Assembly: GCA_023920165.1 (NCBI GenBank)
Contig: CP089276.1
Location: forward strand, 992,001 to 1,056,000
Source: Curvularia clavata
Taxonomy: Eukaryota
Length of the DNA: 64,000 bases
Direction: 5' to 3'
Translations under genes and position numbers: made by a program
Shown here: positions 26,441 through 38,175 of the stretch, one piece after another
How positions within the stretch are numbered: the stretch's first letter is position 1
How the letters are laid out: every line of letters begins with the position of its first letter
The notes under the pieces: model-generated
The model's database searches: none
The model's input: only the letters and a program-made list of their open reading frames with translations
What the model was told of the DNA's origin: nothing

Positions 26441-27372
26441 GAATTTTTTTCATTGAGCTTTCTGGCCTGGCCAGTTTCTCGAGGAAGAGAATTGAATTAC
26501 GCTGCATTGCATTCGGTTGCTCTCAAAACTCTATGTGTTGCTCTATTCTCATAGAATGTATGTGCTTATAGATTTCGCCCATATGTCAGTTGGAGGAGTA
26601 TTTTTCGTGTTCAGTTTGCCCTGTGCCTAGTGATTGCCTCGTCTACTGATTGCTGGCTGCTCCGAGACACGCTTCGTCATTGCGCTAGCATGTTCTTCTA
26701 CCTTTCCTGTTCCAACCCATGCCAACTCATTTCAAGCATTTCTACCATGTTGATGTGAACACCATCACAATAGGCATGGGCAAGAATGGTCTAGTAGAGC
26801 AAGTTACGGCGCGCCCAGGCCGCAGCTAGGGTAGGAAAGCTGATGCTACTACCCTGATGCAGCGGGGTGCTGAGCAAGATGCCGCGCAACATAATATGAT
26901 GTTTGACAACAACGCTCAGATACAACTCAACAAGTCAACTAGCTGCCAAAAGCCAGCCAGACGTCGCGCCAATCTAGACGTCACTGTGTCCAGCAGCCAA
27001 AACGACACTGAAAACGAGGCCTATAGGATACATGGGAGGCCAGGCTCAAAGGCTTGGACCTTACCAGGTCGCCCCAGCTAACCCGGCATAAACTCATACA
27101 GGAAATATAAGAAGAGGTCAAGCCCGACTTTTGTTACCACTACGGTACACTCATCTTCCAGTACACACAATTCTTTATGGTAAGGACGACAGAAAATGAG
27201 TCTCAAATGGTCTGGTTTTCGATTTCCCAGTTTATCAGCTGTTATAATATCAATACGACTGATGTGTTCTCGATTCTCTTGTCTTCAGTGAGGAACAATA
27301 GCGGCAGTTTTAGTTTGGAGGTTGCCTGGCTTTGCTCTTGTTGAAGTAATACACTGACGTCCTGTAGGTCGA

Positions 27373-29421
27373 TCAAAGCCAGCTAGGCAATATACTCCTC
27401 TGGCAACTCGGACACTGCAACTCGGCCTCCAGCACCTTCGGATACATCTGCGCGCGCTCGCGCAACCGCTCCTTCACGCGCCGCTGGTACGCTGCCCGTT
27501 CTGCATTATCCAGCCCGCTCTCCAACCAGTATATGTCATAGAAGCAAGCATCAATACGCGTGCGCATCCCATCTTCCCTCTCGTAAAACGATGCGAGAGA
27601 GCGCGAGTCCTCGACGCTGAAGCGTCCGCCATCCCCCCAGTCCTTTCCCCATGAATTCACGAACGTCAGCGACTGCGGCCCACAGCCGACCAGTACAACA
27701 GCGTGGCCGCCAGCCGTCTCCGAGTTGCGATGGGGCTCCATCGTCGCGCGCGAGAGGACGTCACGACACGAAGCCACAGAGCCGCCAAAATGGCGGCCGA
27801 AAGCGTCCCAACCGGGCTCGGAGAGATGAAATGTTGAGAGGACGAAGCGGCGGCGTAGGACGGCCTGGCGTGCGGCGTCCTCATCCACCTTTTCGAAACG
27901 CAGCGGCGGGTACCATTTTATGGCCGTCCTGAGTACTTCTCCGTGTTCCAACCTTGGTCGCGTTCTGAGAATTTGGCGAGAATGCGATTGCGGATCTGCT
28001 CGATGGTTGGGTAGCCGTTTGTTCGGCCAACGATGCGGAGCAGGGCAGAATGCAGAGCGAAAGCGGTGGCGTGCGCATAGCAGACTCGAGCGTCGCCCTG
28101 GTTGGACGGGTTTTTGCAGTTGCGAACATGCTCGTCATCGACGTACTTGTCAATGTCAACGCGACCAAGGATGTCGAGCACGGTTTCGGTAGAGCCGAAG
28201 CGGGCGGTCAGCAGCATAGAGCAGAACTCCTCGAGCGCGGCGGCGCTGTTGACCGTGGCATAGAGAGCGGCCTCGCCAGCCGAGGGAATCTTCCAGCCTA
28301 GAGTTGTGAGCACGGGGATCGGGTGCTTCAGGCAGGGGACCCGTTGCGCCATGTCAAAGAGCACCCGTTGCCCGTCATTCCTGTCGCTCACGGCTTTGTA
28401 GTGGAGACAGCGCTGGAAAGTGATGGCGGGATCGCTGGTTAGGTACACTGTTGCGATAACCACGTTCTCTTTTTTCAATTCTTGTGCAATTGGTAGAGGG
28501 TCGCCGTCTGTTGATACACCGTCCGATAGGAGGACCAGCATACGGTTCTTGACATTCTTGTTGTGTTTGAATACTTCCAACGACTGCCTAAGAGACTCCT
28601 GCATCGGCGTTCTTCCGTACACGTACTTGCGGAGCTTGTTGAGCAAGGTGTTGGACTCCATCTTCTGGCTGCCGCTATTGTTGCTTGTCATTCGTTTGTT
28701 CTGGTCCTTCTGGAGCTTCTGGAGCTTCTGGAGCAATTTAACCACTTTATCTATCTTATGCGGCTTCAGTTTTCCAAAGTCTTGCAGCCACTCTTTGCAG
28801 ATGCGGCGAGCGAGTTGTAGGGCTTCAGATTTGTTGACCTCGTTATTCTCGATCTTTTCTCTAACGGCTTTCTCAATTGAGGAATCAACGCCTACTGCTG
28901 CCACAGGGAATATAAAAACATGAGGTTCAATAAAGAAACTTGTTACCAGCCCTGCCACTTTCGATGCATTCTGCAATGCTTCAACCTTCTCCGGCGGAGG
29001 AATAGCCTTAACAAACTCATTAATCTTCTCCGGATGCCGTTTCAAATGCACATATACCATCCTCGCCTCATCATCCGTCAAATTCTTAGAGATATACTTC
29101 GAGACATACTCCAGACTTCTCTCATTCGCGATCTGAATTAACAAAGCATGTGCAGACTTTCCATCATCTTTCTCCTCACTGACAAGCGCCTCAACAAAGC
29201 TACAAAGATCCACAACCGCAGGCTCCTCCTCAAGTAGTCCAAACGCGCCTACGAACATGAGCGCACTAGGACCGGGACTCTGCTCGGCCTGTGCGAGCTT
29301 AAGTGCCGCTAAGAGGATACCTAGCGTGGAAACGGTCCGAAGCCGGTTGGTGGTTGTCGCGGCCGACCTCGAGCGCAGAGCGCATAGAGCCAGAGACATC
29401 GAGCAGGCAGCCGACAATCAT
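27373..29421 (-). pseudogene. vWA domain fused to papain-like (C1A) cysteine peptidase; two frameshifts
   Basis: vWA elements: MIDAS LLDVSGSM, GRTPM and LVLLSDGVSTDG. Papain elements: NQGDARVCYAHA (Q/C), GGHAVVLVG (H) and NSWGKDWGDGGRF (N). Frame breaks near 29320 and 27940. Confidence 0.8.
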
Positions 29422-31381
29422 GGGTCCAGCATTGTTTCGAGTTGTGAGGGCTCGGGAATCGATTGGGGTGGGATTTGGAGTGATTCCATGGTCAATTAAG
29501 ATGGAAGAGTGAGAGCGTTTTATGAAGCGAAGACAGAGCGAGGTTCTCTTGTGATCAAAGATGATATGCTGGTGAGGAGAGTGAGCGTATAACTTCCAAA
29601 GGAGTTCATAAAATCTAGGCAGCAGAGGCGAGGCTGTGTCATCGAGAACACAACGGGATTCCCAGGTACCTCCCAATGGAAGCTGATTGCAGACCTTTAC
29701 TTTACCCGCACGGGCTGTCTGAGAGCGTCTATGTGTAACAAATCAACTGCAGCATTGTCTTCGTGTAACGCGGGGCAAAGTCAGCCTAGGGCTTTGGCTT
29801 CTCTCGAACGTCGTCTGTGTGCACGATGGAGGAAAAAAAAGGACGTCACTGTGAGCAACTAAACCAGAGCAAATGTTAGGCATACGTTCGAAGAGGCTCT
29901 CAGCGAGTACTTTGTTAAATGGCTATACTGGGCGAGCCGCCTCAGCTCCCCAGCCATCCTACCAACGCTCCATAATATCTGTTGCATATACCCAAAAGCC
30001 GGCCATGTAGCCAGTGGTTAGGTGATCAGTACCATTTGATCTGAATACATGTAATTGGCTCTATTTGTATCGGATTCATGAGATGAAATTAATGGAAATT
30101 GCGGAGAAAGTCAGCCCCGGAGGATAGTGTGCTGAGCAAAGAAAATAGAGGGCTGTTCTAATTATGCTATGTGGAACGAATGAGACAAACTGATCGGAGA
30201 CCTTAGCGATTTGCCACAGACGAGGTAGCTGTGCCAGAACTCTGTAAAGAAAATATATCACATTGGTGCGCATTTAAATCACACTTAGACGTATTGAGCC
30301 GCGCTGAGGGGTACGCAACAGTGAACCCCTCCCCCTCCTGTTTATTATAGGAAAAACACTTTGAATCTTCAGCCAGGTTCTCACTGACATTGAAACCGAA
30401 CATTTGGACTTTTTTGAGTGGGGTTACATTGTTCACATTCCCGCACTTACTGTTAGTTTGGGTCACTATCGACCAAGGGTAAATCAATTAAAGCATTTCC
30501 TATTGCTTGAAGTATTTGACTAATAACATAATGGAAGCTCTTGTAATTCTCTTACCGTAAGCCAATTTACGATATTAAGATACCTGGAAAAGTGTGACCT
30601 GGGTTTACCTAGAATCATGCTCCTGTACTGCAAGAGATGTCTTATTCGTTTGTCATTTCGGTCAAAACAGGTATCACGATATAATTTGACTTCAAACCTG
30701 TCCACACAGTCACATTTACGATTGTCATATACATACCATACGCTGAAACTCTTTCTTTACCTCTCGAGTACCTTCTGTCTTAAAAAAAAACATTTTGTAT
30801 TGTTGCCTTTGTCATTGATTCGCATAGAACCTTACTTTCTAATGAAGCAGCGTTTCTGTCAAAACACAGCGATTTCGCTCTGCTTATCAACCTTTATTCG
30901 GCTAGCGGAAGGGTAGATGGCACACCAAGACCAATAAGTAGATAGTCTAGAGTTACACTACTCCTTGAGCAATACAATAACCTTTAGCTCCTTACAGTTT
31001 CCTGGAAATGCATACTCCATACCAGCACGCCACACTAGTTGCTACCCTTACTAAAACCTCCCCTTCTATAGCCTAGAATAGCCTAACTTTGACTAGTAGA
31101 TTATAATAAGGTAGTTATATAATACTATTTAAGACCATTTTTACTAGTTATAGAATAACACTAGGAACTAATAGAATAGATTCTAAAATAACTACTGAAC
31201 TGTAGATTCTTTACAAAACAGGGGAATTTGCGTGACCTAGAGACAGGCCTTAGGTTGGAGTTCGCGACGACCCTAGCTTATAGTACTGCTTGGTAACGTT
31301 TTTATGATAACAGGCTTACTGGCAGCGTAGCTATATTGGTGGCGTTATAAGCTTGTTAGCCGCAATTAGGAAGTTGACTGC

Positions 31382-31382
<1 letters not shown>

Positions 31383-31421
<39 letters not shown>
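31383..31421 (+). repeat. (AAG)13 microsatellite
   Basis: Perfect AAG trinucleotide run read directly from the sequence. Confidence 0.95.
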
Positions 31422-31422
<1 letters not shown>

Positions 31423-32812
31423 CAAGGCTTTTAATCAAAAGAAATTAAGTATTGAACGCTCGTTCTATTTCGCTACCGATTCCGGGGTAGTGCTGCGTAA
31501 ATCTGGCCCATATGTGGCATACGCGCACCTTACCCGGAATCTGCTCCAAACCACCTTATTATTCTGGACCACCCAAACAGGCCCTCAATCATGCACATGA
31601 AAGATGGTCGTATTACTGACAGACGGCCCACGTGGTCTTAGTATCGTGTGCTAGGTTGATGAGTAAGACCATGTATACGAGCCTAGAATAGTAGTTGAAA
31701 CTCCATTATTGGGGTATCCTGATAGAAACACCGGGAACTATAGATCGCTACACGACGACGGGTCGCTCGTGGCAATCCTTGTGCAGAAACATACCATCTA
31801 CTGGTACTGATGGATACCCACCCCTTGGCAAGTTTGCGTAGCTAAATTTACCGATTATGCACCGATACAACGGTTCGTGCAAGACTTGATATGCTTTTGT
31901 CTCGCCATGTTGAGAGCGCACGCGCGGTCCAAAGCTCCGGGCCATTCGATGTTCCGCGAAATACGAAGTGACGAGTGGGTCGGACCGGATCCTTCGTGTG
32001 ATTCATGTAACCGTGTCATCACTGGATGCGATTATGTGGTACAGGACGAAATTAGCGGGTGACAGCGGGTCTATTCGACGTTCCGGCCTGCTCGTCTACG
32101 CCCCTGCTTGAACCGTCGTAAGAGTGCTAGCCTGTGCGTTTACTGTCTCAGATTCTGATCAGCCCATATACCCGTGGGTTTGTCAATCACCGTGTGAGCT
32201 ATTCAAGTAAACCTCAATTCATGATGAGGTTCCTGCTTGTGTTACAATATCAATGCAGCAGAATTGCAAGTTGTGTTGGATTGAAGTGATTTTGCTGCTA
32301 GTACGCTCGGTTCTTCAAATGATGGATGCTTGGCTCTGCTGAGGTTCCAAGAGCCTTACAAGACAAGCTAGTCAAATCTGTCAAAAACGGAAATTGATAG
32401 GTATAGTCTAGTGGGGAAGGTGCGCTAGGCAGCCTATGTATTCCTTTGCAAGCTTAAACATCACGAATGCACTGTGATCCAAGTGGAACTGGTGCTTAAC
32501 CTAGAAAAGGGAAATGTACTGGGAAACTTTACTGATACGAGTCGCAAGGAGGCCGATACATCAAATCACCGTGTGTATAAAATTAGAATTGAAGGTTCAA
32601 GGATGTTTGTTAGCTCAGGCAATGGTTACTTGACAAGCAATAGTGTACACAAGAAAGGATTTGATGTGGTATGAGAGTGTGGCATTGAAATATCTCTACC
32701 TAACGGGCTTTACTTGACCGCCGATACGAAACGCAGTAGGTGAAGTTGGAGATTATTTACAATGCAAACTTGACCAGACCAACCCCCTGCAAAAGTCCTC
32801 GCTGTAAGGAGT

Positions 32813-33280
32813 CTAGCCTCCCACGCGCGTGAGCTGAACCTTCATCATGGTATTCTCGTTCAACACTTGCTGTCCACCAGACTTTGAGACGCCACCAAAA
32901 TCCCTCATGCACGTCTGTGCGAGGTTCGCGAAATAGGCGCTGAGTCTACCGCAGGGTATACAAGAGTTGTAAGGTCCACAGAGTTCAAACTCGGCAGTTC
33001 CTTTCCTATACATCGTGGTGCAAGGGCTCCCTGAATTGCGTGTCTGGCAGCAATTTTGCGATAAGCCCGAAAAGTAGCTGGCACCATTGATTCCGTCGAA
33101 GGCATTCGGGCTATTATCGGATGTCTCGCAGTATGGCTGCGTAACAGCGAGGATGGCGGAGTTCCCAGAGGGGGTGTTGTTATTGTTGTTCACGTCGACG
33201 TCCACGACAGTTGCCTCTGGCTCGATAGGGCTAGCGATGGTCCCAGCAAGGAGACCGGCAAGCAGGACCAGGTATTGCAT
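32813..33280 (-). CDS. Small secreted 8-Cys protein (candidate effector/toxin), paralog A
   Basis: 155 aa with signal peptide MQYLVLLAGLLAGTIA. Core CETSDNSP..CCQT..CTTMY..LCG..CIPC..C..GGQQVLNEN. Confidence 0.85.
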   Translation of the reverse strand: MQYLVLLAGLLAGTIASPIEPEATVVDVDVNNNNNTPSGNSAILAVTQPYCETSDNSPNAFDGINGASYFSGLSQNCCQTRNSGSPCTTMYRKGTAEFELCGPYNSCIPCGRLSAYFANLAQTCMRDFGGVSKSGGQQVLNENTMMKVQLTRVGG

Positions 33281-34196
33281 AGTTGTGTTGGGTATGTATG
33301 TCTGTAAATATAGCAAACTATATATTGAGGATCGTACAAAGCTTGATGGTTGCGATTATTTTGAGTGCCGATGTTGAAATTCATGTGCATTCCATGCCAA
33401 CTTATATACCCATTTACTGAAGAAGCAACACGAAGTAGAGCAGCTGTATCAAGTCACGCTGGCTCGGCTTCATACGAAAAAATCCGGTCTTGACGGGGCT
33501 TTTGCCTGGATTGCACAAGCGTAAAGACGAAAAGAGTCACAGATAGCTCAACACCAGCATTTCCTGAACGGCAGTAGCTTTTGCGTCCAGTGGACCCTTG
33601 ATATCACGGGAACCACTATATACAACCATAAAGAAATATTCCGTGGTTGTGCGATTCCGTTCAGGGCTAGAATTAAGTGGCAGCTCTCGGTACTCAATAC
33701 TTTGCTATATTGATGGGTGCAGTTAATCGTAGCTACAACTGTACTATCATGCATGATGATGGCACGAGGAAGAAGTTAAGCTTAGGGATCTACAATCGAG
33801 GCGGCACAGCGGCCCATGATCGTCATATTCAAGTCATTAGCATGCTCTTAGTAGCTTACGCATAATCATGTCAGGCTGTCTAAGCCTGCATTCATGAAGA
33901 CAAATTTCACTATACGAGCAGACTGGCCAGGAATTTTGCAGAACAATCCGTTGGTAACGTTGGAAATTCACAGTGTCCCCAATTGGAAGGTCCATTTTGT
34001 AGTCAGGCCATTGAAGGTAAACTAAGATATGTATAGCCAAGGATGCTTGCCAAAACGGGATAAAGATAAACAGTTGTTCTCAGTAATGAGGGATTTGATA
34101 AAACCTATAGAGACGATATAAAGATCAAAGCCTTCCATTTTCCTAGTAGCCCATCACTAAAGTGTTTCATATCAAAGACCTGCTTCTTCTTCGACA

Positions 34197-34709
34197 ATGC
34201 ATTTTTCCCCGGGCCGTCTTGCCTTTCTCCTGGGCCTTCTTGCTGTCTCCGCAGCTGCGATCCCCCTGGACACCACCACTGAGATTGATCTCTCCTCCGC
34301 GACTACAGGCACGCCGGGCCAACTAGCCACTCCTCTCGCCTCAGTCTTGACCGCTCCGGTGCCCACGAGCGAAGTCAGCAACTTCCAGGCCTTTGCCACT
34401 GCACCGCTCTGCGAAACCTCCCAATACTCGCCTAATGAGGATGACGTACTGGCGGGTGCGGAGTATTTCTACGGGCTCAACAAGCAGTGCTGCCAGACCC
34501 AAAACAAAAACCGATTCTGCACAACCATGTACAACTACAAAGAAGCAGGTTTTCAACTCTGCGGCACTTATAATAATTGTGTCCCCTGCAGCAACCTCTA
34601 CGCGTACTTTTACAATATGCTTTTCGACTGCAGAAGCAATCACAGAATTGGGGGACAACAAGTTCTGAACGAGAACAGCCAGCTCAAAGTCCAGATTGTG
34701 CATACCTAA
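34197..34709 (+). CDS. Small secreted 8-Cys protein (candidate effector/toxin), paralog B
   Basis: 170 aa with signal peptide and Thr-rich linker. Core CETSQYSP..CCQT..CTTMY..LCG..CVPC..C..GGQQVLNEN. TATA-like GATATAAA upstream. Confidence 0.88.
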   Translation: MHFSPGRLAFLLGLLAVSAAAIPLDTTTEIDLSSATTGTPGQLATPLASVLTAPVPTSEVSNFQAFATAPLCETSQYSPNEDDVLAGAEYFYGLNKQCCQTQNKNRFCTTMYNYKEAGFQLCGTYNNCVPCSNLYAYFYNMLFDCRSNHRIGGQQVLNENSQLKVQIVHT

Positions 34710-35114
34710 TCGGGTTCTTGACTCCGGAGCAGTGATTTTGCAAGGGGAAGTCACATTTGGCATGAGAAGTGTTCCCGAGCTTGGTGGTGGGATTATGAGA
34801 GATCAGGGTGGTCCATACGCGAAGCGAGGAAGGCTTGGTGGTGCCTGAAACCAGAGACGTGGAACTGTTATTGTGCTAGCTATCAAGTATTGATCAATAC
34901 CAAGAACAAGACAGTTCCGTTGTATATCAATCCGATATAACTCATCATGAAACTGTGATTCCGAATATACTAAAGCCGTTTTGATTCTATGAAAGGATAT
35001 TGATGTAGTAAACCCCTCACTGCGCAAGAAAACCCTAAGCTTGGAAACCGGCGCCATGATAATACGTCGTTGCAGCTTGCTGAGAATCGCTGCAATTTCG
35101 TCTAACGTAAACAT

Positions 35115-35282
35115 AGACTAGTGAATGGGTATAGGGCACCCATCATGGATTGAGGTAGGGTATAGGGCTGCCAAGACGAGGGCTGGGGTAGGGCTAGGTT
35201 TGACGACTGAGCAACCCAGCCCTACCCCTAACCATCTCCTGGCAGCCCTACCCCAACCCTATTCCCACCCATTTGCCAGTCT
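35115..35282. repeat. Imperfect foldback palindrome (MITE-like)
   Basis: Left arm AGACTAGTGAATGGGT..TAGGGCTGCCA..GGGGTAGGGCTAGGTT is the approximate reverse complement of right arm AACCCAGCCCTACCCC..TGGCAGCCCTA..ACCCATTTGCCAGTCT. Confidence 0.7.
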
Positions 35283-35454
35283 GAATACAATTTTTACAGC
35301 TATAAATCGATATGTAGAGTCGCAGCCAGTATTTAAATAGATGAAGATAGGCGCTAATCGCATGTCTGGGAGAGAAATTTAGTTTTCTGTATGGCTTAGC
35401 CTTTAGGATGTAGCTAATGAGCTTCTTTGCTAGATGTCAAAATTTATTAAACAG

Positions 35455-36951
35455 TATTCAGCCTACAAGGGGTCCCTGTAGTGAATGACTTTGTTAACCG
35501 GCCGTAGGATATGACGAAACTCGAACGAGCTCTTTTGCTGCAGAGCCAGCATAGTCGCCAGAAAGTGTTCGTTTTCTATCGACTTGGAAGAATGGGCAAG
35601 ACACAACTTTCTGTAGGATTTGCAAAAAGGAACCACCGGAAGTTCAGTTCAATGTTCTGGCTTGATGGCAGAACGCAAGACAGTCTCAAGCAGAACATTG
35701 CGGCTTGTTCAAGCAGGATTCCAGAATACCAAATAGCAGAGAGCAGCTGAGCGTATTCAGCTACAGGTACGGGGGATGTGGGTGCCCCCATGAGAGACGT
35801 AACGAGCTGACTGAGCGATCAGACAATAGTAACTGGCTAATCATCTTTGAAAACGTCGATGGAGAGAGCGGAGTAGACAATGCCGATCCTGGCGCATACG
35901 ATATCTCACGCTACTCCCTTGGCGCCGACCATAAATCGATTTCAATCACGACCTGACTTGCTAGCTTAGAACAGCTTGGAATTCTAAAGAGGCTGAGAAA
36001 GTTTAGTAGGGAACAGACGGAGTTTATGTTCCAAAGCCGACATGGGGGAACTCATGGTAAGACGACAGCTGTTGGGTCGCATGCATAACAACATCAGCGC
36101 TCACTGTCCCGGAATAGATTCTACTGAGAGCGAGGAGCTATTCAGGCTCCTAGATCGCTTGGCCGCTAGCGATTGCGTAGGCTAGCGCATGTCTGCCACA
36201 GAGCAAAATCAGCGTCACGAAATACGTCCAGCTATGTAATCAGCAATGGAAGAGTTTTACAGAATCTCAGGATAGAACGGGTGCATCGCTTCGAGGCTAT
36301 CCCAATTGCAATATGTGGACGACGTGGACGATCTCGTACGATGCCAGTATTCGGGCAAAAAACACGGCCGCGGCGAACCTGCTTCTGCTCTGGGCATGTC
36401 TCGACAACAAGGACCTGTGGTATGGTCTCCTCGCAAGAGCAAGTATAGAATCTACCGACGTAACTGAGTCGTTGTCTGAGTGCCTTGCTAAAGTTGCTAA
36501 TGATGAGGTTGCGTTCATTGCAGTATCACGGCTTGCAGGACCTGGCTGGCTATTCGACTCATCTAGTGGTGCATCAATGGGCATTCCATGTACAGGACGA
36601 GAAACAGCGGGCTGTATTCATACGGGTTGCAGTGGCCGTGGTTGGGTGGGCAGTGCCGCCTAATTCAGAAGAGTATTCGAAGGAGCAACGCCGGCTCCTA
36701 CATAGCTCATGCGCAACGATGTGATCAATGGGTGATAAGGCAAGTAAAAGCCACTATAGGTAGGGCTTAAAGCGAAAGAACGCAGAGCGGACATGCAGCC
36801 AAATGGTGTAACGCTAGGTGCGATACACAATTTTGGTGTGCTTTACGCGGACCAGGGCAAGCTGGGCGAGGCAGAGAGGATGTATCAGCGAGCGGAAGAA
36901 GGATACGCGAAGGCGCTCGGGCCAGGCCATACATCAGTGCTAGATACAGTA
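35455..36951 (+). pseudogene. NB-ARC + TPR fungal NLR-like pseudogene
   Basis: FSLQGVPVVNDFVNRP*, degenerate P-loop LGRMGKTQL, FWLDG, WLIIFENVD, WTTWTISY and TPR HNFGVLYADQGKLGEAERMYQRAEEGYAKALGPGHTSVLDTV. Many stops and frameshifts. Confidence 0.88.
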
Positions 36952-36954
36952 ACG

Positions 36955-37660
36955 CCATTGGCAGCGTTAGCACCTCGGTTGCAGGCTTTCCACTAAGCTG
37001 CTGCGTAATCTCGATTGCATCAATCGAGATGTGGAAGTCGCGAATCACGTCATTCAGTCGAATTCGGCGAAGTTGCAGATAGGTACTAGCGAGCCCTCGT
37101 TTTCTCCTCTCATACTTGTGGTATAGGCGGGTCCCTGTGTCAGCAATGAGTAGATAGAAGTCTTCATCCTTGAGCATCTTTCTGTGTTTCTCTCGTGTAC
37201 CTGCTTTTGCTGGTCGTAGTCAAGTTCAGTCAGTGCGCGGCGGTCTCGAGACGGGCCCATGCTCGCAACGGACCGCATCAGTTCCTCTTTGGAAGGCGTC
37301 CCAAAATAAATCGCGTGAAAGTCACGTGCAACATGCGTCGGCATTTAATACTCGTCGTACGTGCTTCCAAGGTGGCCCATGGTCGGGTTACAATTTACTG
37401 CATCACTAGCGCCTAACAGTTGGTTAGCCTTTGGGGTGGTCCATCGGGCGCACAGACACGGCATGCAATGCACAGCGTGCAGTTAAGTGGAATCAGAGGT
37501 ACGACTATCTCCACGAATCAATTACCCATCCACTAGTTGACTTTATTCAACAGGTGTATTTGCTTTTGCTTACTCACCAGCCCGAGGTCCGTCTTGCGCG
37601 GGAACTACTAAAGCAAGTATGGATGTTTTAGGCGGGCAATAGGGTTATGGCTCTTGTCAT
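36955..37660 (-). mobile_element. Degenerate DUF3435 tyrosine recombinase (Starship captain-like) fragment
   Basis: Translation TMGHLGSTYDEY*MPTHVARDFHAIYFGTPSKEELMRSVASMGPSRDRRALTEL...FHISIDAIEITQQLSGKPATEVLTLP resembles the DUF3435 catalytic C-terminal region as recalled. Has an in-frame stop and a frameshift, and is truncated at both ends. Confidence 0.7.
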
Positions 37661-38175
37661 TGGGAGTTTAAATCAATAGTGTATAGGTAGATTGTGGTAT
37701 CGCTGGATTGGGTGTTCAACCGTGCAGCGAGGCAGAATGAATTGTGCTTGGAATACACTGAATTTATTAGAGGTCATGCACATGGGAGGGGAGGTATGAT
37801 TGGTCAGCGCTAGTCACCCACGTAGCTGTTATCTGACGCTCTACATACCCGCGGCCTGCTTCCATAAGATTACTTCAAGAACGATTAGCTTCAGTCCTAT
37901 GATTCATTGGCCCAGAAGTAGTCGGCAGCAGTCAGAAGCGCAATTCGTCCAGTAAGACACCGTTCCTCCCGAGCCCTGACTGCTACCTTTAACCCACCAT
38001 CTTCCCCACTCCATGCGACCCTAACTTCAACGTGATTATAAGCAGAATACTTCCAGGCCGCTTATATATAAACCATCTCTTCGGCCCCATATAAACCACA
38101 TCTCCAGAGCCTCGCATTCACAAGTCCTTCAACGAAAAACATTAACATATTACATTATTTCGATCCCACGCAAAC

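Noticed and set aside
29998..30070. tRNA-like start GGCCATGTAGCCAGTGGTTAGG
   Set aside because: No T-loop (GTTCRA) and no complementary acceptor stem downstream.
24000..38000. Intact Starship element
   Set aside because: The captain is only a broken internal fragment, and I could not identify element termini or target repeats.
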